Shown here one piece after another: positions 1 to 8,618 of a DNA stretch of 64,000 bases. Made by a program: the position numbers and the translations under genes. Source of the stretch: Chitinophaga pinensis. GTDB lineage: Bacteria; Bacteroidota; Ignavibacteria; Kapaibacteriales; Kapaibacteriaceae. The stretch's first letter is position 1. Every line of letters starts with the position of its first letter. The stretch covers positions 2,325-66,324 of the forward strand of contig CALRYC010000004.1 in NCBI GenBank assembly GCA_943372295.1. The letters run 5' to 3'. The notes under the pieces are model-generated. The model made no database searches. It had not been told where the DNA came from and saw only the letters and a list, made by a program, of their open reading frames with translations.

Positions 1-1
1 C

Positions 2-316
2 GATGGCTTCTCCATCGGCTCCAACGATCTTACGCAGTTGGTACTGGGCGTAGATCGTGACTCGGATGTGCTTAGCCCCCTGTTTGACGAGCGCGATCCC
101 GCCGTGACATCCATGCTGGCGGAAATGATCAGTCGAGCAAAACACAGCGGACGTCCCGTTGGCCTCTGTGGTCAGGCTCCGAGCGACCATCCGGAGTTTG
201 CCAGATTCCTTGTCGAGCAGGGCATCGACAGCATCTCCTTTACGCCGGATGCACTCGTAAATGGAATTCGCAACATTGCGGCGGCAGAGCGGTCGAGTCC
301 GGCCCGTCATCACTGA
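2..316 (+). CDS. ppsA: Phosphoenolpyruvate synthase, C-terminal fragment (5' end outside window)
   Basis: Frame 2 is open from the window edge. DGFSIGSNDLTQLVLGVDRDS...GLCGQAPSDHPEFARFLVEQGIDSISF is the conserved PEP-utilising TIM-barrel C-terminus of PpsA. TGA at 314-316. Confidence 0.85.
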   Translation, partial: DGFSIGSNDLTQLVLGVDRDSDVLSPLFDERDPAVTSMLAEMISRAKHSGRPVGLCGQAPSDHPEFARFLVEQGIDSISFTPDALVNGIRNIAAAERSSPARHH

Positions 317-603
317 GGTCGCCTACATGCACAGGCTCTAGTTTATCAACGATCTGCCCACTTTGGGCCGGGTAGACAACGCGTGCGCCGGTGCTGATGA
401 TCCAGTAGGTGCCATGGTCTGTTGCGTCATTGACATCATAGGTGATCAACTCGCCGATGTCGATCGAGACCTGCCCGGTTGGTTAACCTGATGGGGCTTC
501 GGGAATCCCGCGCACGCATTGAACTCATGGGCGGAAGCGTACGCGTAGAAAGTAGCCCCGGAAGGGGAACGTATGTGGAAGTGACGCTGCCAAGCCTGAC
601 GTA

Positions 604-741
604 GGGTACTGGGTACTGGGTACTGGGTACTGGGTACTGGGTACTGGGTACTGCCGCGAAAGCGGGAATCTATCTTCGAACCTCTGGATTCCTGCTTTCG
701 CAGGAATGGAACCCCAAACCCCAAACCTCAAACCCCAAACC
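604..741. repeat. Composite repeat locus A: (GGGTACT)x7 at 604-652; mini-hairpins CCGC-GAAA-GCGG (654-665) and ATTCCTGC-TTTC-GCAGGAAT (688-707); (AACCCCA)x4.5 at 710-741
   Basis: Counted base by base. It lies in the convergent spacer between the ppsA stop and the 3' end of tRNA-Val. The reverse complement of 653-709 matches 50656-50712 (locus E core) at 49 of 57 positions. Confidence 0.95.
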
Positions 742-745
742 TACC

Positions 746-823
746 TGGTGGTCGCTATAGGATTTGAACCTATGACCTTTCGCGTGTGAGGCGAACGCTC
801 TGAACCAGCTGAGCTAAGCGACC
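746..823 (-). tRNA. tRNA-Val (anticodon CAC), CCA encoded
   Basis: Hand-folded cloverleaf: acceptor GGTCGCT/AGCGACC, D stem GCTC/GAGC, anticodon stem TTCGC/GCGAA with loop CTCACAC, T arm ATAGG-TTCAAAT-CCTAT, discriminator A plus CCA. Confidence 0.93.
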
Positions 824-838
824 AATTGGGCTGCAAGT

Positions 839-889
839 CTACGGTTCCCGGGGCATTTCTCCAAAGCCGGAGGCCAGCGGGAACCGTAG
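839..889 (+). promoter_or_regulatory. Long perfect hairpin in the leader of the TonB-dependent receptor gene
   Basis: CTACGGTTCCCG (839-850) pairs perfectly with CGGGAACCGTAG (878-889) around a 27-nt loop, and is followed by TTT. It lies 13 nt upstream of the GTG at 902. Function (attenuator or terminator) is not established. Confidence 0.4.
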
Positions 890-901
890 TTTCGCAGTCC
901 G

Positions 902-2836
902 GTGAAGACAACGATCACGATATGGATGATGGGGCTGCTGATAGCCCCTTTCATGACATCAAAGGCAACCGAGTTCGATACTCTGCGTGTGGTCGGACGC
1001 GACAGTGCGATCATCGTGACGGCCTCGGCATGGCTCGGTGATGCCACCGGTGCGGGGCCGGCTCGTTCGGTGTTGCCGCGTGAAGTGATCGAGCGTCTTG
1101 CGCCGATGTCGATGGCAAGCACGATGTCGCTCTTTCCGGGCGTGTTCGTGAAGGACTATGGCGGGATTGGTGGACTCCAGACGGTGTCTCTCAGAGGGGG
1201 CTCATCGGCCCAGTCCCTGGTGATGCTCGATGGAGCAAGGCTCTCCTCGGCGCAGAACGGGAGCATCGACCTTACGTCGATCCCGGTGCGCAGAATCGAA
1301 TCGGCCGAGGTGCTGCGCGGAGGCGCTTCGGCTCTCCATGGCGCTAATGCCATGACGGGGGTTGTTGACGTGCGGCTGCGACTGCCGGATACATCTGGCG
1401 TGGGGTTGACCCTGTCTCAGGGGGCGTTCAACGAGTGGCGATCGGCCCTCGACGCAAATCTGCATCTCGGTTCGGATGTGCGCGTCGGCCTCGATGTGGA
1501 CGTGTTGGGAACACGGGGCTCATTTCCGTTCAGCGTTAACCAGTTCGGCACGACCTTCGACGTTAATCGTCAGAACGGTCATGCGCGGCACATGCGCTTG
1601 CTTGCGCGCGCCGAGTTCGGCAAACGATATTCGGCAACGGTCATCATCCGCTCGGCTGACAGAGGTGTTCCGGGCGCTGTGGTGCAAGGGGCGATCGCCC
1701 AGGCACGGGCACAACTGCGCGATGATGATCTGATGGCGGTGATGCGATCGACGCTGTATTCGTCGGCCCGTGATAGGGTCTGGATGACGGCTTCGGCTCG
1801 GAATCTTGATCAGCACTTTGTCGATCCCGATGCCACGATCGTCGGCACGCAGGGCATCGACGTGCGCTACCTCCAGCGCGATGCAACAGCCAGTGCGGTC
1901 TGGCAACGTCAGCATGAGGATGTTCAGACGACCATGCGATTCGATGCATCGCATGCTGATCTGCAGGGGGCGTCCATCGCATCACGATCGGGCGAGCTTG
2001 TCGTGCGTCGCTCGGCCAGTATCTCGGGAGATGTCCAGATGATGAACGTTCTTGATACCGACGTCGAATTGCGGGCGGCCATGCGCGCGGATGTGTTCTC
2101 AGACATGGGCACGGCACTGTCGCCGATGGTGGCACTGCGCAGCGTGATCGCGCGCGGACTGGCCCTCAGGGGCGGCTGGAGCCTGAGCTTTCGTCCGCCA
2201 ACATTTAACGAACTGTACTATCTCAACTACGGGACGCGGGATCTGCGTCCCGAGCGAGCTTCGACGATCGAGGCCGGCATTGTTGCAGAGCCATGGTCGT
2301 GGTGCAGCTTCGACCTGACGGTCTACAGCGGCACGATCCGAAACCTTATCGTGTCGGTGCCGGTGAGCCCCGTGATCACCAGTGCCCAGAACGTGGGCAC
2401 GGCAACCAGTCAGGGGGCGGAACTGCTCATCCGTTCACGAGCGTTCGATGGACGGCTGCTTGCGCAGTGGTCCTATGCGCTGCAGTTTATGCGCGACGCA
2501 ACAGGCCGCCCCGGACTCGATGGCAGACTCGTTCCGTATGCCGTTCCGGAGCTTGCCTCAGCCCTAGCGCAATGGGATGCAGGTGCCTGGTTTGCCTCGC
2601 TGCAATGGTCCTATACGGGATTTCGGTACGCAACCTCTGGCGAACCGTCCGAGATGATGCTGAGGCCGTTTGCACTCACATCGCTGCAGTCAGGCATTCG
2701 CATGAATGGCAGCGCCGTGCGGGGCAGTCTGATGCTGCAGTGCGACAACCTCTTCGACGTGTCGTACCAGGTTGTTCGGGGGTATCCGATGCCGGGCAGA
2801 GCAATCCGTGTGATCGTTAGTTTTGACCTGCGATGA
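902..2836 (+). CDS. TonB-dependent outer-membrane receptor (BtuB-sized, plug + barrel)
   Basis: 644-aa ORF. Plug-domain motifs TVSLRGGSSAQSLVMLDGARL and AEVLRGGASALHGANAMTGVVDV are followed by a long beta-rich region. GTG start at 902 (alternative ATG at 926). ATGA overlap with the next gene. Confidence 0.85.
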   Translation: MKTTITIWMMGLLIAPFMTSKATEFDTLRVVGRDSAIIVTASAWLGDATGAGPARSVLPREVIERLAPMSMASTMSLFPGVFVKDYGGIGGLQTVSLRGGSSAQSLVMLDGARLSSAQNGSIDLTSIPVRRIESAEVLRGGASALHGANAMTGVVDVRLRLPDTSGVGLTLSQGAFNEWRSALDANLHLGSDVRVGLDVDVLGTRGSFPFSVNQFGTTFDVNRQNGHARHMRLLARAEFGKRYSATVIIRSADRGVPGAVVQGAIAQARAQLRDDDLMAVMRSTLYSSARDRVWMTASARNLDQHFVDPDATIVGTQGIDVRYLQRDATASAVWQRQHEDVQTTMRFDASHADLQGASIASRSGELVVRRSASISGDVQMMNVLDTDVELRAAMRADVFSDMGTALSPMVALRSVIARGLALRGGWSLSFRPPTFNELYYLNYGTRDLRPERASTIEAGIVAEPWSWCSFDLTVYSGTIRNLIVSVPVSPVITSAQNVGTATSQGAELLIRSRAFDGRLLAQWSYALQFMRDATGRPGLDGRLVPYAVPELASALAQWDAGAWFASLQWSYTGFRYATSGEPSEMMLRPFALTSLQSGIRMNGSAVRGSLMLQCDNLFDVSYQVVRGYPMPGRAIRVIVSFDLR

Positions 2837-3897
2837 CCACGCGCAAACCACCACTGGAACTGGATCGCGAGACGCTGCGCCTGCATGACGAGGCCTGCGC
2901 TCGGGGTGAGGATACGTATGTAGATCCGGCAACGGGGTACCGCGTGATCACCGAGGTCAGACACCGGCATCGCGGTGACTGCTGCGGAAACAAGTGCCGT
3001 CACTGTCCGTTCGACTGGTCGGCCGTTCCCGACGGACTGATCGGATGGATCGTTGCCTTTGTCATCCTCAGCGCCGGCGCTTCTGCGCAATGGCAGCGCA
3101 TGGCGCTCGACACGGTGGGCGGGTACGTGTTTGGGTCGGGACTACGGACCGGTCAGAGCGCCGCTTTTTTTCCGACAAACATTCTTCGCGGTCCATCGGC
3201 ACTGGCACGCGACACCGTGCCGGCCACCGACCCGCGCGAGATCTGCTCGCTCGGTCTCGGCGGAAGCATCACTCTCGGCCTGCGACGCGCTGTGATCGTC
3301 GACGGGCCGGGGGCAGACTTCACGGTCTTCGAAAATGCCTTCACCTATGGGAGGGGGCGAACATACGCAGAGCCGGCAACGGTCGAGGTCAGCCGCGACG
3401 GCCTGGTGTGGAAGATGTTCCCGTTCGACTCGACAAGCTGCTCGGGGCTGGCCGGTGTGACGCCAACCTCGGGCGAGGATCCGTATGACCCGATGCGCAG
3501 CGGCGGTGATCGATTTGATCTGGCCGACATCGGCATGGACTCCGTCCGCTGGGTGCGTATCGGCGACGTCACCGCTATGATCCTCAACAATCCATCGAGC
3601 CCCTTCTTCGACCCGACACTTTCGGGCTTCGATCTCGACGTTGTGCTGGCGCGCCATGCCGCGCCCATGGCATGGGAGCTTGAGGCGCGTCCGGTGGTGC
3701 TCTCGGGAATGGTCGAGATTGCCATGCCGCACTCCTCAACGGTGCAGATCATGGACCTTACCGGACGAGTGATCGAGACCAGCATGCGGCAGGCAGGCAT
3801 TTTGCAGCTCGACATGTCATGGCTGCCAGGGGGCTGGTACTACGTCATCGTTGATGATGGTCGGGAGCGCATTCTGCTAAGGTACCTGCGATCATGA
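2833..3897 (+). CDS. Fusion-like protein: N-terminal DUF5522-type Cys-rich module + hydrophobic segment + secreted domain + T9SS-type C-terminal domain
   Basis: YVDPATGYRVITEVRHRHRGDCCGNKCRHCPFDW is followed by LIGWIVAFVILSAGASA-Q. Next comes a domain with DGPGADFTVFENAF...EPATVEVSRDG. The C-terminus VQIMDLTGRVIETS...GGWYYVIVDD resembles Por-secretion tails. Confidence 0.7.
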   Translation: MTTRKPPLELDRETLRLHDEACARGEDTYVDPATGYRVITEVRHRHRGDCCGNKCRHCPFDWSAVPDGLIGWIVAFVILSAGASAQWQRMALDTVGGYVFGSGLRTGQSAAFFPTNILRGPSALARDTVPATDPREICSLGLGGSITLGLRRAVIVDGPGADFTVFENAFTYGRGRTYAEPATVEVSRDGLVWKMFPFDSTSCSGLAGVTPTSGEDPYDPMRSGGDRFDLADIGMDSVRWVRIGDVTAMILNNPSSPFFDPTLSGFDLDVVLARHAAPMAWELEARPVVLSGMVEIAMPHSSTVQIMDLTGRVIETSMRQAGILQLDMSWLPGGWYYVIVDDGRERILLRYLRS

Positions 3898-4967
3898 TAG
3901 TGCGCCTGATCCCGATTTCCGTGGCTCTGCCGCTTCTGGCCTTCTTCTTCAGCGGCTGTCTTTCAACTCCAACCGACGCGCCGACGCCTCAGGGAAGTAT
4001 CGACGCTCCCGGGATCTTTGTTCTGTGTGAGGGTCTTTGGCGTCAGGATAACTCCACGCTCTGGTTCGTTGGTGACGATGGAACGGTCGTGCGGGACGTT
4101 GTGGGCACCATCAACCCCGGACTGCGGTTGGGTGATACCGGAACCGATGTGCACGTGCGCGGAGATAGCATCTGGGTTTTAGTCAATACTTCGCGCTCCA
4201 TCGAACTGCTTCACAGACGAACCGGCCTATGGCTTGCACGGCTGCGCTTTGATGATCTGCGCGAGCCCTACGCCATGGCCTTTGTGAACGACTCAGTGGC
4301 CGTTTGCACGTTCCTGAACGATGCGACGATCGCCGAGTTCAATCCACGTCGGATGACCGTGCGCGTTGCGCGCGCACCCGTGGGGCCTGCGCCCGAGGGA
4401 ATCACCGTCCTGTCCGGTCGGATCTTCGTAGCCAATAGTGGCCTTGGTGATCTGCGCCGAACTCAGCAGGGGGCTGGCACGGTCACGGTTCTCGATGCTT
4501 CGGATCTGTCGGTCGTGGACACAATCACGGGACTGCCGAACGTGCGTTCGGTGATCGCCGACGCACGATCGGGACGGGTGTGGTGCATCTACCGTCATCT
4601 GGTTTCGCAGCCCGATTCGTTAGGGGGCGTTGTGGCCTACGACCCGGTGCAGCGGCGAATAACAGAGCACTACCGGCTGCGCGCACCAACGGCCGCCAGC
4701 ATTGACCGGCGCAGCGGACGCCTGTATGTGCTGCACGCTGGCGGAGTAAGCTGTATCGCCGGTGGGGATGTTCGCAGTGTGATCGCCCGCACAAATGACG
4801 ATGCATGGTATGCCCTTGCATGGGATGAACGCCATCAACGGCTGGTTATCGGTAACGCACGCGCGTACGTTACCGACGGTGAGGTGATGATGGTCGACAC
4901 TTCGGGCTCGATCCTGCGTCGTGTGGATGTTGGCGTCAACCCCGGTCGATTTGCCTTTGGGGACTGA
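3894..4967 (+). CDS. Surface lipoprotein, YncE-like / DUF5074-like beta-propeller
   Basis: Lipobox FFFSGC after a hydrophobic N-terminus. GIFVLCEGLWRQDNSTLWFV matches the NEG-type motif I associate with DUF5074/YncE-like proteins found beside TonB receptors. ATGA overlap with the upstream gene. Confidence 0.7.
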   Translation: MIVRLIPISVALPLLAFFFSGCLSTPTDAPTPQGSIDAPGIFVLCEGLWRQDNSTLWFVGDDGTVVRDVVGTINPGLRLGDTGTDVHVRGDSIWVLVNTSRSIELLHRRTGLWLARLRFDDLREPYAMAFVNDSVAVCTFLNDATIAEFNPRRMTVRVARAPVGPAPEGITVLSGRIFVANSGLGDLRRTQQGAGTVTVLDASDLSVVDTITGLPNVRSVIADARSGRVWCIYRHLVSQPDSLGGVVAYDPVQRRITEHYRLRAPTAASIDRRSGRLYVLHAGGVSCIAGGDVRSVIARTNDDAWYALAWDERHQRLVIGNARAYVTDGEVMMVDTSGSILRRVDVGVNPGRFAFGD

Positions 4968-4975
4968 CAAGCCCC

Positions 4976-5296
4976 TTACCCGACGCGGTAGCCTTCTTTG
5001 ATCAGCAGGTCTTTGATGCGCTGCACATGATCACCCTGCATCTCAATGGTCTGGTCGACGATCTGTCCGCCGGCACCAAGTGACTTCTTCAGCAGCGTCA
5101 GCAGACGCTCCAGCTCCTTGGGATGCGACGAAAAGCCCCATGCGATGGAGATGGTCTTGCCGCGACGTTTCTCGCTGCGCACCCGCAGGCGCAGAACCTG
5201 ACCGTCATGGCCGACGCGCTTGGGCGCCGAAGAGGCCTGTTCGGCCTTTCGCTCGGGTATCCCGAGCATTGATGCGAGATCTTCAAGTCCTGGCAT
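4976..5296 (-). CDS. yciH: SUI1/YciH-family translation initiation factor-like protein
   Basis: 106 aa. VLRLRVRSEKRRGKTISIAWGF...LLKKSLGAGGQIVDQTIEMQGDHVQRIKDLLIKEGY is a typical SUI1 fold sequence. Confidence 0.85.
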   Translation of the reverse strand: MPGLEDLASMLGIPERKAEQASSAPKRVGHDGQVLRLRVRSEKRRGKTISIAWGFSSHPKELERLLTLLKKSLGAGGQIVDQTIEMQGDHVQRIKDLLIKEGYRVG

Positions 5297-5357
5297 ACCG
5301 CAATATGCGTTGCATCATGCACTTGGTGAAGCAGCCGCGAGTTCCGAGGTTTGCCTA

Positions 5358-6065
5358 ATGCGCACCTGGCTCGTAATCCTCGCTCTGGTCATCGCTACGG
5401 TAGCGTATGCGATCACCGTCACGCTCCATATGCTACTGTGGCGCAATCCGGAGGTCTACTATGCCTACGCTCGCAGCTGGTCGCGACTGGTCCTTCGCTG
5501 GTCTGGCGTTCGCGTCAGCGTCATCGGTGCCGAGCATCTGGTGCCGGGTGAGCGCTATGTCTATGCATCAAATCATGCGAGCATGTTCGACATACCGGTG
5601 ATCCTGGCCTGCGTTCCGGACAACGTGCGCATCATGTACAAAAAGGAACTCGAGCGTGTTCCGATCTTCGGTTGGAGCCTGGCGGTCTCGCCCTTCGTCG
5701 CCATCGATCGTGGCAAGAAGCGTCAGGCAGCCGCCGTGCTCGACGAGGTCACGACTACGCTGCGCAGCGGCTCTTCGGTGCTGATCTTTCCCGAAGGCAC
5801 GCGCAGCAGCGACGGCCGCGTGCAGGAGTTTCGACGTGGAGCCTTTACGCTTGCAGTCAAGAGCGAACGGCCGATCGTGCCCGTGGCGCTCATCGGCACG
5901 GCCGCGATCCTGCCCAAGGGAACACGCCGGCTTGCCGGCGGACAGGTGACGCTTAAGATCTTCCCCCCCATTGTAGTGCCCGCCTCAGCAACACGTGAGC
6001 AGGAGAAGGGGCTTATGCTTCAGGTGCATGACATCATCGCCGGTGCCGTAGATTCGCAATCATGA
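5358..6065 (+). CDS. plsC: 1-acyl-sn-glycerol-3-phosphate acyltransferase
   Basis: NHASMFD (HX4D) and FPEGTRS motifs. I place the start at ATG 5358 (MRTWLVILALV, N-terminal TM), because the longer ORF from 5220 would overlap yciH on the other strand. Confidence 0.85.
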   Translation: MRTWLVILALVIATVAYAITVTLHMLLWRNPEVYYAYARSWSRLVLRWSGVRVSVIGAEHLVPGERYVYASNHASMFDIPVILACVPDNVRIMYKKELERVPIFGWSLAVSPFVAIDRGKKRQAAAVLDEVTTTLRSGSSVLIFPEGTRSSDGRVQEFRRGAFTLAVKSERPIVPVALIGTAAILPKGTRRLAGGQVTLKIFPPIVVPASATREQEKGLMLQVHDIIAGAVDSQS

Positions 6066-6343
6066 CGATCGAAGAAATACATGCTATCGCCTCTCTGGCG
6101 CGCCTGCGATTCACCGACGAGCAGGCGGCAGCCTTCGCCCGGGAGTTTACCGACATCGTGGCCTTTGTCAACGTGCTCACATCGGTGGATCTTTCCGACA
6201 TCGAGCCGATGAGCTCGGTGAATGCCGAGCCCAATGTCCTGCGCGAAGACCTGGTGGGCGACTCTGTATCGACTGCTGAAGCACTCAGCAACGCACCCAA
6301 GAAGAACGAAGCGTTCTTCAAGGTCCCGAAGGTCCTCGGATGA
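6062..6343 (+). CDS. gatC: Asp/Glu-tRNA amidotransferase subunit C
   Basis: 93 aa. IASLARLRFTDEQAAAFAREFTDIVAFVNVL...EAFFKVPKVL is a canonical GatC sequence. ATGA overlaps on both sides. Confidence 0.9.
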   Translation: MTIEEIHAIASLARLRFTDEQAAAFAREFTDIVAFVNVLTSVDLSDIEPMSSVNAEPNVLREDLVGDSVSTAEALSNAPKKNEAFFKVPKVLG

Positions 6344-7083
6344 TCGTCGGTGTCATCCCGGCGCGTTACGCTGCCACGCGCCTGCCGGGTAAGCCCCTTG
6401 TCGACCTCTGCGGACAGACCATGATCGAGCGTGTCTGGCGCTCAGCTGTCAGTTGTCCGCTGCTCGACGAGGTGATCATTGCCACCGATGATGAGCGCAT
6501 TATGCGCGAGGCGGCCCGCATCGGCGCTCGCGCGGTGATGACCGATCCGGCTCTGCCGAGCGGGACCGATCGCTGTCATGCGGCCGCAGCATCATTGCCG
6601 AGCAGGCCCGAGGTGGTGATCAATATCCAGGGTGACGAGCCGCTGCTTCAGCATGAGGTTCTGTCGGACCTTGTTGCTGCGCTTGCTGACGGGGTTGCCG
6701 ATGTCTCAACGCCCGTCTCACGGATCGTGCGTGCCGAAGAACTTGCCGATCCCAACACAGTGAAGGTTGCTCTCACCGATTCATTCCGCGCACTGTACTT
6801 TTCGCGCTCGCCGATACCGCACGTTCGTTTAGCGGCAGTGGATAGGTGGCTCGAAAGGGGCTCGTTCTGGAAGCACATCGGCATCTATGCGTATCGTCAT
6901 GATGCCCTCGACAGGCATGTTTCTTTGCCGACGACAACCATTGAGCAGTGGGAATCGCTTGAGCAGCTGCGTCTTCTGAGTGATGGTGCACACTTTCGCT
7001 GTGTAGAAACGTCGGCCGAGTTTATCAGCGTCGACACGGCCGAAGACGCCGAAAGAGTGCGACGGTTTCTTTCCTCGCGTTAA
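6340..7083 (+). CDS. kdsB: 3-deoxy-manno-octulosonate cytidylyltransferase (CMP-KDO synthetase)
   Basis: MIVGVIPARYAATRLPGKPL...INIQGDEPL motifs; 247 aa. Confidence 0.9.
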   Translation: MIVGVIPARYAATRLPGKPLVDLCGQTMIERVWRSAVSCPLLDEVIIATDDERIMREAARIGARAVMTDPALPSGTDRCHAAAASLPSRPEVVINIQGDEPLLQHEVLSDLVAALADGVADVSTPVSRIVRAEELADPNTVKVALTDSFRALYFSRSPIPHVRLAAVDRWLERGSFWKHIGIYAYRHDALDRHVSLPTTTIEQWESLEQLRLLSDGAHFRCVETSAEFISVDTAEDAERVRRFLSSR

Positions 7084-8027
7084 GGAGCTGTCAGCAGCGA
7101 CTTAGCTGCCGCCGCCGCCGCATCGACCGTGATGCTCATCATGTCGTCGCCCGGTCCGCTCTCAAGCACGATCGCTCTGCGGGTATATGGGCCCCAGCGC
7201 CGCGCACTCATGCTCGGCGTGCTTGGAAACAGCCCAAGCACGGCAACGCCCAACGACGCCGCTACATGCAGCACGCCGGTGGAGTTGGCTACCAGCAGAT
7301 CAGACGTGGCGATAAGGTCGATCATCGACTCCAGGTCACGTGTGCCACAAAGATCCTTTCCCTCCGGACATGCCCGCAGGACTTCTTCGCAGAGCGCCCG
7401 CTCGCGGTCGATGCCCGTGACGAGGATCTCGGCATTGTGATGCTGCCGCAGCCGACTGGCAAGCTCGCCGAACCGCTTAGCCGGCCAGTCTTTTGCTGAG
7501 CCACCGGAGCCGGGATGAATGATCACGCGCGGCGCAGCCGGCTGGCTGTGCCTGATCCGGTTCTCACGGGGCGAGACGAGCTCGACGTGTGGCATCGGGC
7601 ATCCAAAGGCATGCATGATCATCCGCACGTTATACTCGGCCTCGTGGAACTGCGCATCGGCACGATGCTCCCGAATGCGTCGGTTGTATAGGGGCGCGTA
7701 CCACCGATAGGCAGATCCGATGCGCAGGTTTACGCCTGAGCGCACGGCTGCCCATGCTTCCAATGCCCGTGGCCGTGGGGCAAAGACCACGTCCACCCCT
7801 TGCCGGCGAAGGATCGTCTGCAGGTTGTCGGTCTGCGCATCGAGGTAGATCACCTCGTCGATACACGGCAGGTCTCGCACAAGGGGCTCGACGTACCGCG
7901 CTGCGATCAGCACAAGCCGCGCCGATGGGAAAAGCGATCTCAGCGCAGGAAACATCGGCAGCGTCAGGACCATGTCGCCCAGACGGTCAGTGCGGATAAC
8001 GGCTATCGTGCGTGGAGTGAAGCTCAT
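7080..8027 (-). CDS. Glycosyltransferase family 9 (LPS heptosyltransferase-like)
   Basis: IAVIRTDRLGDMVLTLP and IHPGSGGSAKDWP motifs. I prefer the start at ATG 8027, because the longer ORF start (8060) lies inside the terminator hairpin at 8041-8080. Confidence 0.8.
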   Translation of the reverse strand: MSFTPRTIAVIRTDRLGDMVLTLPMFPALRSLFPSARLVLIAARYVEPLVRDLPCIDEVIYLDAQTDNLQTILRRQGVDVVFAPRPRALEAWAAVRSGVNLRIGSAYRWYAPLYNRRIREHRADAQFHEAEYNVRMIMHAFGCPMPHVELVSPRENRIRHSQPAAPRVIIHPGSGGSAKDWPAKRFGELASRLRQHHNAEILVTGIDRERALCEEVLRACPEGKDLCGTRDLESMIDLIATSDLLVANSTGVLHVAASLGVAVLGLFPSTPSMSARRWGPYTRRAIVLESGPGDDMMSITVDAAAAAAKSLLTAP

Positions 8028-8040
8028 TGCGCGTTTACAT

Positions 8041-8080
8041 GAAAAAGGGGCGGAGCACAATCGGTATGCTCTCGCCCCCT
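8041..8080 (-). terminator. Rho-independent terminator downstream of the small OMP gene
   Basis: On the minus strand, GGGGGCGAGAGCA-loop-TGCTCCGCCCCT forms about 12 bp with one bulge, followed by TTTTTC. Confidence 0.7.
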
Positions 8081-8105
8081 TGGAGTATCGGTTTACAATA
8101 ACGGG

Positions 8106-8618
8106 TCAGTCAAGATCCAGATACCAGTCGATGCCGATGGCCGGAGCCATGATACCGAAGCTGACCTTCTCGTTTGTGCTGCTGAATGGGAGGTTTACCA
8201 GTGCGACCTGTGCCCATACGCCGACGTTCTTCGTGGCCATGAACTGCGATCCTGCGCCAACCACGAGGCCGTCGTTGGCATACGAACCCAGCTTCGTAGG
8301 TGTGCTGTAGAACTTCGCGCCCGGAGAGATGTACAGCTGCGCAATGGCATAGGCGTTAAAGTCATCACCTTTGGCAAAGAAGTACTTCCCAAATGGCGAG
8401 ATCGTCACGTCCGTTTCGCTGCCAAGCCCCTTGTCATCGTGCATGCGCAGGCCCAACTGCGCGCCGAGCAAGAAGTTGCTGCTGATGCTGTAGCCGATGT
8501 GCGCTCCGGGCATCCAGCCCATTGCGGCTCCCACGACAACGCGTTCTTCGGGCATTTGTGCCAACGCCGATGCGGCGGTTACGGTCATTGCGACCAGGAT
8601 CGAGACCACGAACTTCAT
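8106..8618 (-). CDS. Small outer-membrane beta-barrel protein (OmpW/OmpA-beta-barrel-like)
   Basis: 170 aa from ATG 8618. Signal peptide MKFVVSILVAMTVTAASALA-Q, alternating beta-strand pattern, aromatic-rich C-terminus IGIDWYLDLD. The upstream part of the 462-aa ORF is an antisense shadow. Confidence 0.75.
   Translation of the reverse strand: MKFVVSILVAMTVTAASALAQMPEERVVVGAAMGWMPGAHIGYSISSNFLLGAQLGLRMHDDKGLGSETDVTISPFGKYFFAKGDDFNAYAIAQLYISPGAKFYSTPTKLGSYANDGLVVGAGSQFMATKNVGVWAQVALVNLPFSSTNEKVSFGIMAPAIGIDWYLDLD

Noticed and set aside
240-482. Minus-strand ORF (69 aa from TTG 449) with a protein-like sequence (ELITYDVNDATDHGTYWIISTGARVVYPAQSGQIVDKLEPV)
   Set aside because: It has only a TTG start and no upstream signals. 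Its last 77 nt would overlap the ppsA 3' end, and I recognise no family. It may be a gene remnant, but the sequence alone cannot support a call.
710-741. (AACCCCA)n as a telomere or chromosome end
   Set aside because: It is 4.5 units long, embedded between a tRNA and other repeat modules, with normal genes on both sides. It is one of several heptamer types in the same family.
824-901. Cobalamin riboswitch upstream of the TonB-dependent receptor
   Set aside because: Only 78 nt are available between tRNA-Val and the start codon, far shorter than a B12 aptamer. The conserved GGGAA / GGUGAAAUCC / GCCACUG elements are missing. Only a loose B12-box-like string in a hairpin loop is present. I kept it as an unexplained hairpin.
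5220-5357. N-terminal 46-aa extension of plsC; similar extensions at 34627-34797 (T9SS gene), 34648-34827 (giant), 28961-29062 (bcp), 57724-57777 (AKR) and 62221-62343 (ALDH)
   Set aside because: The extensions overlap the neighbouring or divergent gene or promoter region and lack signal or domain content. Internal ATGs give canonical N-termini (signal peptides or family-typical starts).
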